The notes under the pieces were generated by a model. That model was not told the DNA's origin. It saw nothing but the letters and a program-made list of their open reading frames with translations, and searched no databases. This document shows positions 1-12,800 of a stretch of 64,000 bases of DNA, piece by piece (the first letter of the stretch is position 1; each line of letters opens with the position of its first letter). A program made the translations under genes and the position numbers. The stretch is from Macrostomum hystrix (Eukaryota; Animalia; Platyhelminthes), in NCBI GenBank assembly GCA_950097015.1, contig CATNEN010000038.1:27900001-27964000 (forward strand), in the 5' to 3' direction.

Positions 1-225
1 CAAAGCTAAACAAGCGTCTGAATCATGGCAAAACCAGAGTTTCAATCATGGCTAAACCAGAGACTAAATCATGGCTACACCAGGGTTTGAATCATGGCAA
101 AACCAGAGTTTGAATCATGGCTAAACCAGCGTTTGAATCATGGCCAACCAGCGTCTGAATCATGGCTAAACCAGAGTTTGAATCATGGCAAAATCAGAGT
201 TTGAATCATAGCTAAATCGGAACTG
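1..225. repeat. Minisatellite, ~23-bp unit (AATCATGGCTAAACCAGAGTTTG), truncated by window start
   Basis: About 9 degenerate tandem copies visible. Confidence 0.85.
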
Positions 226-1508
226 GGGGATAATCGTCAACTGTGGGATAATTGTAAACTGGGGAATCATCATCAAATGGGGGATCATGGTCAACTGGGG
301 ATCATTGTCAAATGGGGATCATCATCATTTGGGAGTCATCATCAAATGGGGGATCATGGTCAACTGGGAGATCATTGTCAACTGGGTGATCATCATCAAC
401 TGGGGGATCATTGTCAACTAGGGGGTAATGGCCAACTGGGGTAACATTGTCAACTGGGGATCATCATCAATGGGGGATCATAGTCAACTGGGAGATAATT
501 GTCAACTGGGTGATCATCATCAACTGGGGGATCATTGTCAACTGGGTGATCATCTTCAACTGGTGGATCATCATTATCTGGGGGATCATTGTGAACTGGG
601 GGATCATTGTCAACTGGGGGATCATTGTCAACTGTGGGATCATTGTAAACTGGGGGATCATTGTCAACTGGGGGATCATTGTCAACTGGGTGATCATCAT
701 CAACTGGGGGATCATCATCATCTGGGGGATCATTGTGAACTAGGGGATCATTGTCAACTGGGGGATCATTGTCAACTGTGGGATCATTGTCAACTGGTTG
801 ATCATCATCAACTGGGGGATCATTGTGAACTGGGGGATCATTGTCAACTGGGGGATCATTGTCAACTGTGGGATCATTGTAAACTGGGGGATCAATGTCA
901 ACTGGGGGATCATTGTCAACTGGGTGATCATCATCAACTGGGGGATCATCATCATCTGGGGGATCATTGTGAACTAGGGGATCATTGTCAACTGGGGGAT
1001 CATTGTCAACTGTGGGATCATTGTCAACTGGTTGATCATCATCAACTGGGGGATCATTGTCAACTGGGGGATCGTTGTCAATTGGAGGTTCATTGTCAAC
1101 TGTGGGATCATTGTCAACTGTGGGATCATTGTCAACTGGGGGATCATTGTCAACTGGTTGATCATCAACTGGGGGATCATTGTCAACTGGGGGATCGTTG
1201 TCAATTGGAGGTTCATTGTCAACTGGGGGATCATTGTCAACTGTGGAATCATTGTCAACTGGGGGATCATTGTCAACTGGGGGATCATTGTCAACTGGGG
1301 AGTCATCATCAACTGGGGGATCCTTGTCAACTGGGGGTTCATTGTCAACTAGGGGATCATTGTCAACTGGGGGATCATTGTCAACTGGGTGATCATCATC
1401 AATTAGGAGATCATTGTCAACTGGGGAATCATTGTTGACTGGGGGATCATTGTCAACTGGGGGATCATTGTCAACTGGTTGATCATTGTCAACTGGGGGA
1501 TCATTGTA
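222..1508. repeat. Minisatellite, 18-bp unit (CAACTGGGGGATCATTGT), ~70 copies
   Basis: Direct tandem repetition; produces ORFs 428..1438 and overlapping ORFs. Confidence 0.95.
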
Positions 1509-1833
1509 GCTTTAAAAAGCTGTAAATTCAGCTGCTAAAAAGTATATAATAGACGAAATAAAAATATTTCTGCTCCCCGAAGGGGGGCAAAACTTGCTAG
1601 TAAAAGTCTATAATTGATGTTTCCATGCTTGTTAATTCTCATTTCTAGTTGAAATGCAAATCTCGCCCGTGAATGCAATAATGAAATGCAGTCTCAAAAA
1701 TGTACTCTATGCGCATATCGGTTAGACATTCCAAATTAGACAGAGCCAGTTAGCTCATAGTTGTGAGTCAAGGCTTGGTAATCTTATCTGGACTTCGAAG
1801 GCAATTCAGCCTTTAGCCAGACACACCTGGGAC

Positions 1834-1843
1834 TCTATTTAAA
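1834..1843 (+). promoter_or_regulatory. Possible TATA-like element (TATTTAAA) of LITAF
   Basis: About 85 nt upstream of the ATG at 1922. Confidence 0.4.
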
Positions 1844-1921
1844 CCGCAGTTCGCTGCGCCACACCGCACTGTGGCTAAATAGAAGCAAAAAATATTATAA
1901 TCGAACACAGATCTGATCAGC

Positions 1922-2335
1922 ATGAGCAAACCCGTGGATCAGCAGCCACCTCCGGCATACGCTGGCCAGGATGGATCGACCACTTTCCCGTCCCAGCCGC
2001 CAGGCGGTTATTATCCGCAGCAGCCGCCGCCGCCGCCGCCGCAGCCGCAGATCTACCCGCCGGGACCTGGCGGCTACCCAGGAGTGATTATCGCGCCTCC
2101 GGTGGTGTTTCGAGAATTTCCAGTTAGCCTAGTTTGCCAGCACTGTCACTGCAATGTAACAACACAGGTTTCCATGGATACTGGAGTGCTGCCATGGCTA
2201 GTGTGCGGTGGTCTAGTTCTGATTGGCTGCTGGCTCGGTTGCTGTCTGATTCCATTCTGCATCGACGGCCTGAAGGACGCCGTCCATATCTGTCCTCAGT
2301 GTCGCAAGATGGTTGGCCAGTACAAGAAGATGTGA
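1922..2335 (+). CDS. LITAF: LITAF/SIMPLE-domain protein (137 aa, intronless CDS)
   Basis: Pro/Gly/Tyr-rich N-terminus with PPAY; CxxC (CQHC), hydrophobic CWLGCCLIPFC, then HxCxxC (HICPQC): the classic LITAF zinc domain. Confidence 0.95.
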   Translation: MSKPVDQQPPPAYAGQDGSTTFPSQPPGGYYPQQPPPPPPQPQIYPPGPGGYPGVIIAPPVVFREFPVSLVCQHCHCNVTTQVSMDTGVLPWLVCGGLVLIGCWLGCCLIPFCIDGLKDAVHICPQCRKMVGQYKKM

Positions 2336-2435
2336 TTTGAGCCATTGAATTTTACTGCTGTTGCAAGACTTGTCGAACAGTGGGTAAAGCAACTGTTTTA
2401 ACACTAACAGTCAATTATCGCTTTCATTAGCGTGT

Positions 2436-2760
2436 TGTATTAAAATACTCGTACTTGGACCACTATCTAACTGTTCTGCACCTGAAAAACAAATGGGTAC
2501 TGGAATAACAGGTGGGTGACCTGTCTAACAGGAGGGTGACCAGTCTAACAGGAGGGTGACCAGTCTAACAGGTGGGTGACCTGTCTAACAGGAGGGTTGG
2601 CTAACTATCTAACAGATGGGTGACCTGTCTAACAGGTGGGTGACCAGTCTAACAGGTGGGTGACCAGTCTAACAGGTGGGTGACCTGTCTAACAGGTGGG
2701 TGATCTGTCTAACAGGTGGGTTGGCTAACTGTCTAACAGATGGGTGATCTGTCAAATAGG
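2436..2760 (+). repeat. Dispersed repeat copy 1: unique ~70-bp head plus 20-bp minisatellite (CTGTCTAACAGGTGGGTGAC)
   Basis: Head TACTTGGACCAC...ACCTG...GGTACTG..AACAGGTG and the same array recur at 5689-6135. Confidence 0.85.
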
Positions 2761-3187
2761 TAAATATTATAATTTAAGTATTTTTATTGTGCCTAATACG
2801 AATACGATTTGTATTATGTATAGATGAAAAGTTTTATAATCTTATGATTTTTCTGTCTAATGAGATAATGTCCTTCTACATTATTATTCGTACTTCTAAA
2901 ATTCAGGCTAGTATACGATTGTTACACAAGACAGGAGGCAATGTAATTTCCCTATGTTATTCGAAAATGGTATGAAACAATTAAAGCGTTTAATTTTCTA
3001 TCTGTTGCTAAATAAAACGACAAAACGCAACAAATTGCCCTAAACGAAACGACAAATAGATAATTTGAAACATTACAAGATATTTAAATGTGCAAAATGT
3101 AATCGTATCTATTGAACTAATTTTACAGAGACTAAAACGTGAGCCTGAGCGAAAACAAGAGAACAAGTGGAATAACAATGAGGCTTT

Positions 3188-3574
3188 AAAGTGACAGGAG
3201 AGGCAGTGGAGTGACATGTGAGGCAGTGAAGTGACAGGTGAGGCAGTGGAGTGACAGGTGAGGCAGTGGAGTGACAGGTGAGGAAATGGAGTGACAGGTG
3301 AGGAAATGGAGTGACAGCAGAGGCATTGGAGTGACAGGTGAGGCAGTGGAGTGACAGGTGAGGCAGTGGAGTGACAGGTGAGGAAATGGAGTGACAGCAG
3401 AGGCATTGGAGTGACAGGTGAGGCAGTGGAGTGACAGGTGAGGCATTGGAGTGACAGGTGAGGCAGTGGAGTGACAGCAGAGGCAGTGGAGTGACAGGTG
3501 AGGAAATGGAGTGACAGCAGAGGCAGTGGAGTGACAGGTGAGGCAGTGGAGTGACAGGTGAGGCAGTGGAGTGA
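3188..3574. repeat. Minisatellite, 20-bp unit (GTGACAGGTGAGGCAGTGGA)
   Basis: About 19 tandem copies. Confidence 0.95.
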
Positions 3575-3756
3575 ATTTGAGCAACACCAGTGCATCGAAA
3601 ATTCCTTGGATACGATAAATCTATAGGTCATCTGATTTAATCGCTAATTATTGTGAATAATTATCAAACCAAGTTTTAACGGTTGCTATGCCCTGGACCT
3701 GAGCTTATTTATCTCTAATCTCTAAACAAGCATTGATAGTTGAGGTTAGGCTGAAT

Positions 3757-3770
3757 GTCGCTATGGTAAC
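3757..3770. promoter_or_regulatory. RFX X-box-like motif GTCGCTATGGTAAC
   Basis: Matches GTHNYY-AT-RRNAAC; no obvious adjacent promoter. Confidence 0.3.
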
Positions 3771-4109
3771 CAAATAAATGTGTGTTCACTGTGGAGAGAT
3801 TGTTTCAGCAAAGTCAATAGCAAAAGTTCATTTATATTGATTTGCGCCCTACCAAGCTGAGATAAGTCTATCTACGATTTTTTTCTATATGTCGAGGGAA
3901 TTTTTTTAACTTAGCCATGACGGCGGGCAGTGGAGTTCTTATCGTTCTGCGTCACTTGTGGAATAGCACATAATTAGCGGGTATGTCAAATGGCAAAGCG
4001 GCTTTGAGACTGCCGATACGAGCCAGGTATTTTGAAGACTCTATTTTAACTATGCGAGTTATACCATTTTGTAAGAAATTAAATTAATAAATAATTTATT
4101 CTTTCTCAC

Positions 4110-4511
4110 CACACAGACACCAAACAAGACAGAAAAACAGACAGCCAGACAGACACTAAAAAAGAATGACAGACAATAAGAAATGACAGACAGACACTAA
4201 AAAAGAAAGACGGACATCAAGAAAAGACAGAAAGATAGACACCAAATAAGACAGAAAGACAGACAGACAACAAGATAAGACAGAAAGACAGACAGACAGA
4301 CAGACAACAAGATAAGACAGAAAGACAGACAGACAACAAGATAAGACAGAAAGACAGACAGACAGACAGACAGACAACAAGATAAGACAGAAAGACAGAC
4401 AGAAAGACAGACAACAAGATAAGACAGAAAGACAGACAGAAAGACAGACAGACAACAAGATAAGACAGAAAGACAGACAGACAGACAGACAGACAACAAG
4501 ATAAGACATAA

Positions 4512-4549
<38 letters not shown>

Positions 4550-4683
4550 CAAGATAAGACAGAAAGACAGACAGAAAGACAGACAGACAACAAGATAAGA
4601 CAGAAAGACAGACAGACAGACAGACAACAAGATAAGACAGAAAGACAGACAGACAGACAGACAGACAACAAGATAAGACATAA

Positions 4684-4717
<34 letters not shown>

Positions 4718-4989
4718 CAAGATAAGACAGAAAGACAGACAGAAAGACAGACAGACAACAAGATAAGACAGAAAGACAGACAGACAGACAGACAACAAGA
4801 TAAGACAGAAAGACAGACAGAAAGACAGACAGACAACAAGATAAGACAGAAAGACAGACAGACAGACAGACAACAAGATAAGACAGAAAGACAGACACAA
4901 AAAAGACAGAAAGACAGACACCAAAGAAGACAGACAGACAAAAAGATAAGACAGAAAGAGAGACAGACAGACAGACAGACAACAAGATA

Positions 4990-5029
<40 letters not shown>

Positions 5030-5065
5030 GGACACCAAAAAATGACAGACACCAAGATAAGACAA
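4110..5065. repeat. (GACA)n-derived compound micro/minisatellite
   Basis: GACA runs interspersed with ACAAGATAAGACAGAAA; source of ORFs 4156..5083. Confidence 0.95.
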
Positions 5066-5688
5066 TGCTGTTAAGAACAGCAAAATCTTGTCATAGCAAC
5101 TATAAGCTTGTTTTTGCAGTAGGGCTGTGGCACATCATTTGGTGACACTAGACCTGCAGCCAGCGAGAAGGCAATTCTACCCATTTTGCTGACTCCTGAG
5201 CACACACGCACACAGGTGTGTACATCTGCCATTGTGCCTTAGAGGTTCACCTTCAAGGGCGTGAATTGCCACCGCGCCTTCTCTACACGGCTGCGCCCCA
5301 AATGAACGTGGCCTCGCAGCGGAATAGAGCTCAGGGACCTGCTCAGGTGCAGGAGGCAAACAATCTACCAAAAAACAAAATCAAAATGCATAGAAGACAA
5401 TTTTAGAAATCGTTTTACTGTCAAAAAGATAAATAATTAATTCTAAAAAGAACACAGAGACATTGAAATTCGGCAGTGAAATTTCATAATGGCAGCCGCA
5501 ACTTGTATTTCGAAGTGTTGACATTTTTAATTGGACGGGAAACTTACGTCCAGACACAAGATTAATTAAAACAACAAGTCACAACAGAAATAGAAAAGCA
5601 CAAAACGTACACAAAAGCCTTCAGAAAAAATATTTTGTAAAAGCAAAAAAACTGATAAAAACTGTTCGAATGAAGTTTTGTTACATTT

Positions 5689-6135
5689 TTGTATTGAAAT
5701 ACTTGGACCACGATCCAACTGGTCTGAACCTGTAAAACTACTCGGTACTGAAAAACAGGTGAGTGGTTGCCTGTCTAACAGGTGGGTGCCTGTCTAACAG
5801 GTGGGTGCCTGTCTAACAGGTGGTTGCCTGTCTAACAGGTGGTTGCCTGTCTAACAGGTGGGTGCCTGTCTAACAGGTGGGTGACCTGTCTAACAGGTGG
5901 GTGCCTGTCTAACAGGTGGGTTGGCTAACTGTCTAACAGGTGGGTGACCAGTCTAACAGGTGGGTGCCTGTCTAACAGGTGGGTGCCTGCCTAACAGGTG
6001 GGTTGGCTAACTGTCTAACAGGTGGGTGACCAGTCTAACAGGTGGGTGACCTGTCTACCAGGTGGCTAACTGTCTAACAGGAGGGTGGGTTATCTGTCCA
6101 ACAGGTGGGTGACCAGTCTAACCAGTCTAACCTTT
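5689..6135 (+). repeat. Dispersed repeat copy 2: same head plus 19/20-bp minisatellite (CTGTCTAACAGGTGGGTG[A]C)
   Basis: Homologous to 2436-2760, same orientation. Confidence 0.85.
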
Positions 6136-6824
6136 CTAAGAGGTACGCGAAAAAAATTGTAAAAATGTAACTACAAAAGTCGTCTTTTTAACGTGTCGAA
6201 AATAAATATTAAAAAAAGTCAAGTTAGAGCATAACAAAACAACAAGAAAGCAGTGAAATATTTAAGTAGAAAAAATCATGGGCTGCTACTTAAAACAGTG
6301 GTCAGTAGTCTCAATGGAACATATATATCAAAATGTAAAACACCTAAAAAAGTGTTTTAAAGGGATTTATGGTAAAGGTCATGGAATAAAAAAAGCACAT
6401 TTAAATAGGAATTACTGAAGCAAAAGAATTAGTGCAAGCAATTAACAAAAGACAAAGGTACATGGTTAGAAATTGTTTTTATTGTCAAAATCGGAACAAA
6501 GCTGTAATTTGTTTTAATTAGGTAAACAGAATTGGATGGTTAGTATTATAGAATTTGTGACCATTTAAAAAAACCGATGGGAATGTCAATAATGTAAATA
6601 AAGATTTCTATATATATCATTATCTCACTACTGAACATGAGATTGCAGTAGTGCAGTACGCAAACAATAAATTTTATGGCGTCTAAATAAAAATAGTGAA
6701 ACAACAAATTGTGTGTGTGTGCATTCTTTTGCACGAAACAAAAAACAACAAAAATTAACGAAGCAAAAAGTTTGTTCTCTTTCGTTGTCATGGAAACGGA
6801 TAATTGTACTCACGGAGAAGCTTA

Positions 6825-9800
6825 TCACAGACTCAGGTCGTCCATCTGCTCGGTCAGGTTCAGGTGTTCAACATTGCTGCCGCCGCCGATACGACGACCG
6901 CCTCCGCCGCCGCCCCCGCCAGATGGCAGAATTGAACGCCTCAGCTTCGACAGCATCGCCGAACCGCTGCCGCCACCGCCAGATCGCCGACCACGACGAA
7001 CGGACACTTCAATATCCTCTTCGTCGTCGTTGTAGTTTCCAATCTCTTCGCCGTCCTCGCCTTCGCCTTCGTGTACGGCGCAAGATTCAACGCCAGGCAG
7101 CTCGCCTTCCTTGGACTCGACCAACTGCATGTACTTGTATTGAAGGCTGCGGGACACGCGTGATCGGATGAACAGACTCACATTTAGGGAATACTGACAG
7201 ACACTTACAGACAGACACTTACAGACAACTACAGGCAGACACTTACAGACAACTACAGGCAGACACTTACAGACAACTACAGGCAGACACTTACAGACAA
7301 CTACAGGCAGACACTTACAGACAACTACAGGCAGACACTTACAGACAACTACAGGCAGACACTTACAGACAACTACAGGCAGGCACTTACAGACAACTAC
7401 AGGCAGACACAGACAACTACAGGCAGACACTTACAGACAACTACAGGCAGACACTTACAGACAACTACAGGCAGACACTTACAGACAACTACAGGCAGGC
7501 ACTTACAGACAACTACAGGCAGACACAGACAACTACAGGCAGACACTTACAGACAACTACAGGCAGGCACTTACAGACAACTACAGGCAGACACTTACAG
7601 ACAACTACAGGCAGGCACTTACAGACAACTACAGGCAGGCACTTACAGACAACTACAGGCAGACACTTATAGACAACTACAGGCAGACACTTACAGACAA
7701 CTACAGGCAGACACTTACAGACAACTACAGGCAGGCACTTACAGACAACTACAGGCAGGCACTTACAGACAACTACAGGCAGGCACTTACAGACAACTAC
7801 AGGCAGGCACTTACAGACAACTACAGGCAGACACAGACAACTACAGGCAGACACTTACAGACAACTACAGGCAGACACTTACAGACAACTACAGGCAGAC
7901 ACTTACAGACAACTACAGGCAGGCACTTACAGACAACTACAGGCAGGCACTTACAGACAACTACAGGCAGGCACTTACAGACAACTACAGGCAGACACAG
8001 ACAACTACAGGCAGACACTTACAGACAACTACAGGCAGACACTTACAGACAACTACAGGCAGACACTTACAGACAACTACGGGCAGGCACTTACAGACAC
8101 TTACAGACAATTACAGACACTAGAGGAATACAAAAATACACTAACAGACAGACAGTTACAGACAAACACTAAAGGAATACAGAAAGAGACTTGGGAAATA
8201 CAGACAGACATTTACAGACAGACACTCAAGGAATGCAGACACACAGCTAGAAAAGACAGACAGACAGAAATCTAGAAAGACAGACAAGAGACCTAGAAAA
8301 GGCACAGACAGACAAGACATTAGGGCAGTCAATCAAACAGGCATTAGCTTACGTCTTATTCTTTCTGTAGCAGTGACAGGCCACAGCCAGAGAGACGAAG
8401 CCGATAAACAGGATGAGAACCATGGCAATGCCAACTGGTCGATTCACTAGCGGACAATCTACTACTTTAGTCTTTTTCGTTGGCTCACCGCTGGGCAGGT
8501 AGCACCTCCTGGAATCCAAAGTTGACAGTTAGATAGTGCAATAGGCGAGAACACAGCCGATTCATTAGGAGATGGGAATTAAGAATGACAAAGATAGGGA
8601 TATTATGGGGAAGGGTAGTATAAAAGAAGACAGGAATGAAAAATCTGGTTAGAGGAAGCAGCTAAGGGGAGGGGAGAGAAGAAAGTAGGAGAAAAGGAGC
8701 GGCAGAGAAGGAGAGGCAGTAAATGAGAGGGTAGAGAATGAGACAGGAGAGAAGGACAGGGAAGAGAAGGAGAGGGAGATACGGAGAGGGAGAGAAGGAG
8801 AGGGAGATAAGGAGAGGGAGATAAGGAGAGGGAGATACGGAGAGGGAGAGAAGGAGAGGGAGATAAGGAGAGGGAGATACGGAGAGGGAGATAAGGAGAG
8901 GGAGATACGGAGAGGGGAGATAAGGAGAGGGAGATACGGAGAGGGAGATAAGGAGAGGGAGATAAGGAGAGGGAGAGAAGGAGAGGGAGATATGGAGAGG
9001 GAGATAAGGAGAGGGAGATACGGAGAGGGAGAGAAGGAGAGGGAGATAAGGAGAGGGAGAGAAGTAGAGGGAGATACGGAGAGGGAGATAAGGAGAGGGA
9101 GATACGGAGAGGGAGATACGGAGAGGGAGATAAGGAGAGGGAGAGAAGGAGAGGGAGATAAGGAGAGGGAGAGAAGTAGAGGGAGATACGGAGAGGGAGA
9201 TAAGGAGAGGGAGATACGGAGAGGGAGATAAGGAGAGGGAGATAAGGAGAGGGAGATAAGGAGAGGGAGATATGGAGAGGGAGATAAGGAGAGGGAGATA
9301 AGGAGAGGGAGATACGGAGAGGGAGAGAAGGAGAGGGAGATAAGGAGAGGGGAGATAAGGAGAGGGAGATAAGGAGAGGGAGAGAAGGAGAGGGAGATAC
9401 GGAGAGGGAGATAAGGAGAGGGAGATACGGAGAGGGAGATAAGGAGAGGGAGAGAAGTAGAGGGAGATACGGAGAGGGAGATAAGGAGAGGGAGATACGG
9501 AGAGGGGAGATAAGGAGAGGGAGATACGGAGAGGGAGATAAGGAGAGGGAGATACGGAGAGGGAGATAAGGAGAGGGAGATACGGAGAGGGGAGATAAGG
9601 AGAGGGAGAGAATGAGAGGGAGATAAGGAGAGGGAGATATGGAGAGGGAGATAAGGAGAGGGAGATAAGGAGAGGGAGATACGGAGAGGGAGATAAGGAG
9701 AGGGAGATAAGGAGAGGGAGATATGGAGAGGGAGATAAGGAGAGGGAGATACGGAGAGGGAGATAAGGAGAGGGAGATACGGAGAGGGAGATAAGGAGAG

Positions 9801-12800
9801 GGAGATAAGGAGAGGGGAGATAAGGAGAGGGAGATAAGGAGAGGGAGAGAAGGAGAGGGAGATACGGAGAGGGGAGATAAGGAGAGGGAGATAAGGAGAG
9901 GGAGATACGGAGAGGGAGATAAGGAGAGGGAGATAAGGAGAGGGGAGATAAGGAGAGGGAGATAAGGAGAGGGAGATACGGAGAGGGGAGATAAGGAGAG
10001 GGAGATAAGGAGAGGGAGATACGGAGAGGGAGATAAGGAGAGGGGAGATAAGGAGAGGGGAGATAAGGAGAGGGAGATAAGGGAAGAGCAGGGAAAGCAG
10101 GGCGCAGTGATGCGCTCAGAGGACAGAATCAGTCACAGGCGCAAGCCAAAACTACTGTTCTCACTTTGGCGGCAGCATGTGTATAGTCTGTTTGCCCATA
10201 ACGCATTCTCCATTGAGCTTCAAGTAGTTCTCATCACTGCAGAGTCGACAGGCCTGCCTGGCCTCTAAAAGCAGATGAAAATTGCAGCCGTCGCAGGTGC
10301 CGTCGGGACATTTCGGAGGTAGGCTCAGTTTTGGCAGCTTTAATTTCGGATCGCAGCGCAGAGTGACGAGGGTGATTCTACTGCGGCACACCTGAAAGGT
10401 TGCGCAACTAGCTTTAGGGCGTAAGAATAAAGTGAGACTCACTTCAGAAAAAATAAACTCTAAGCGAGCCTTGATTTCTCCCTTAAGGAAATAAAATGAA
10501 AGGTAATTTCATACTGAATGTGTATCTATGGTTCCAAGCGACTGAGCAACGGTTCGGGTGGATGAGAATTTTCTTGAGGTTTAAAATAATTTTTTTATCT
10601 ACAGCAGGGGTCGGCAAACTCGATCCTGCGGGCAAGATGCGGCCCACGAAGCTACAAAATCCGGCCCGTTGCCCTTCGGCACCTGCAGTATTAAATTTCA
10701 TCTTTACCCTGTCTCATCTCTCCTCGGTTTCTTCTCTACTGTGTCCCATCTCTCCGTGTCTCGTCTCACTTGAGTCTGATCTCTCCTGCGTCTCCTCTCC
10801 CCTGTCTCATCTCTTCCTGAAGTCTCTCCTCTGTCTCATCTCCCCGTGTGTTATCTCTCCCCTGTCTTATCTCTCCCGTGTCTCATCTCTCCCGTGTGTT
10901 ATCTCTCCCCTGTCTTATCTCTTCCTGAAGTCTCTCCGCTGTCTCATCTCCCCCGTGTGTTATCTCTCCCCTGTCTTATCTCTACCCTGTCTTATCTCTC
11001 CCCTGTCTCATCTCTCCCGTCTCCCTGTCTCATCTCTCCCCTGTCTTATCTCTCCCGTGTCTTATCTCTCCCCTGTCTTATCTCTCCCGTGTGTCATCTC
11101 TCCCGTGTCTCATCTCTCCCGTGTCTTATCTCTCCCGTGTCTCATCTCTCCCGTGTCTCATCTCTCCCGTGTCTTATCTCTCCCGTGTCTCATCTCTCCC
11201 GTGTCTCATCTCTCCCGTGCCTTATCTCTCCCGTGTCTCATCTCTCCCGTGTCTTATCTCTCCCGTGTGTTATCTCTCCCGTCTCATCTCTTCCTTAAGT
11301 CTCTCCTCTGTCTCATCTCTCCCGTGTCTCATCTCTCCCGTGTCTCATCTCTCCCGTGTCAATTATCTGAAACCAGTCGTCAAATATATGAACCACGGCG
11401 TCAAAATTATCAACAACCTTGTCATCAGAAACTAGAGTAAATCTTGAAAGCTCTCCTTTTGATTGAACTTTAGCCAATCAAGTTCAGAGCTAGGTCCAAG
11501 TCTTCTTCCATACTCCTTTTGTGGAAATCTTTAAAAGTTTATAGTGTCTATGGTAAAAATGGGTGACCTGAGCCTTATGTGACTGTGAGGGAGCGCAGCT
11601 TTGCTTTGGCCATAACGTAGCTGCAACATTTTTGCTTCCAATACGAGCTATCTGTAGATTAAGTACAAACAGTCCGAAGGTTGATTACCATAGACATTCG
11701 AACTCTCAACCTTTGATACTTTGGATGCCTAGATTTTCTAAGATTTCCCACGTCCCATTTCTCACCTTTGTGGTGTAGTCGGACTCGAAGAACACGTGAG
11801 TATCCATACCATCCGGATCGCTGGGCCAGCCGGCATTCGTGAGCATAGATTCAGCGCCCGGACTCTGACTGGAGCTGCTAGCGTTCAACACTCGGTCGGC
11901 AAATGAGGCTGGCAGGGCGACTCGGGTCAGGTTTGAGTTGCGATTGTTCGGTATTACCGTGGCCCGACAGACAAACGACTCAATGGTGGAATCGGAGAAC
12001 TGGGGATTACGAGAATGAGAAGGTAGCTATAGTTCTCTACGGTTGCTATGGGACTGAAAGTGAGCACAAAAATGTGTGCCTGTATCAAATAGAGCATCAT
12101 TTGCTGTTGAACTACCACGGTCAGCGAGGAGGCAATTCTGCCCATTCCTTCCGCTGAGTCCTGAGCATGATACATATTGGTTTAAAAATAAAAAATTAAC
12201 TAAATAACTAATACAATTTAATCACCCGCCTGGCTGTCGTAATCCGGTTTTGATCCGGAGCGACGTCCGGAATTTCATCCGGTACGTAATGCGAATGTCT
12301 TATTTAAAAACCGGATGAAAAGAGTCACAAAGAGAACTTCGGAAACAAAAACCGGGTCAAAACCGGATCAAAATCTATTTGGTCCGGAAACACCCACAAA
12401 AAAACGGGTTAAACCGGACGAGGCCGGATGAAAACCGGATTACGACAGCCAAGCGGGCCGGTTACTTACGACTGTAGCATTGGACACACATCTGGCCTTG
12501 CTGGCAGCATTCAGTGACACATTGTACAAATGAATGTACCCGCTGCCCCGTCCAGTGAACTGCTTGACACCTTCGACTAGCCAGTACCGATTTGGGCTGA
12601 ATAAATCGCTAAAATCGAACTCGGGACCTAGGCCAACATGATTGGCAACTTTCGGGCCATCGGTGCTCAGGACGCAGGCCTGCCCGTCGACGGCGCGCAT
12701 TCCAACGGGGCAGGGCCGGCAGGAGTCCACGCCTTCGGCTGGTTGCTTAGCAACCACTAGGCCGGCTGGGCAGGAGTAGCACGTGACATTCTTCGGGTCG

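Noticed and set aside
3008-5083. Long Cys/Leu/Ser/His-rich ORFs
   Set aside because: Translations of the 20-bp and GACA repeats; open in several frames with no domain content
11954-12175. ORF 11954..12175 as an ELAPOR exon
   Set aside because: Wrong frame; the family-like sequence (FVCRATVIP...SFADRV) starts at the acceptor at 11999 in another frame
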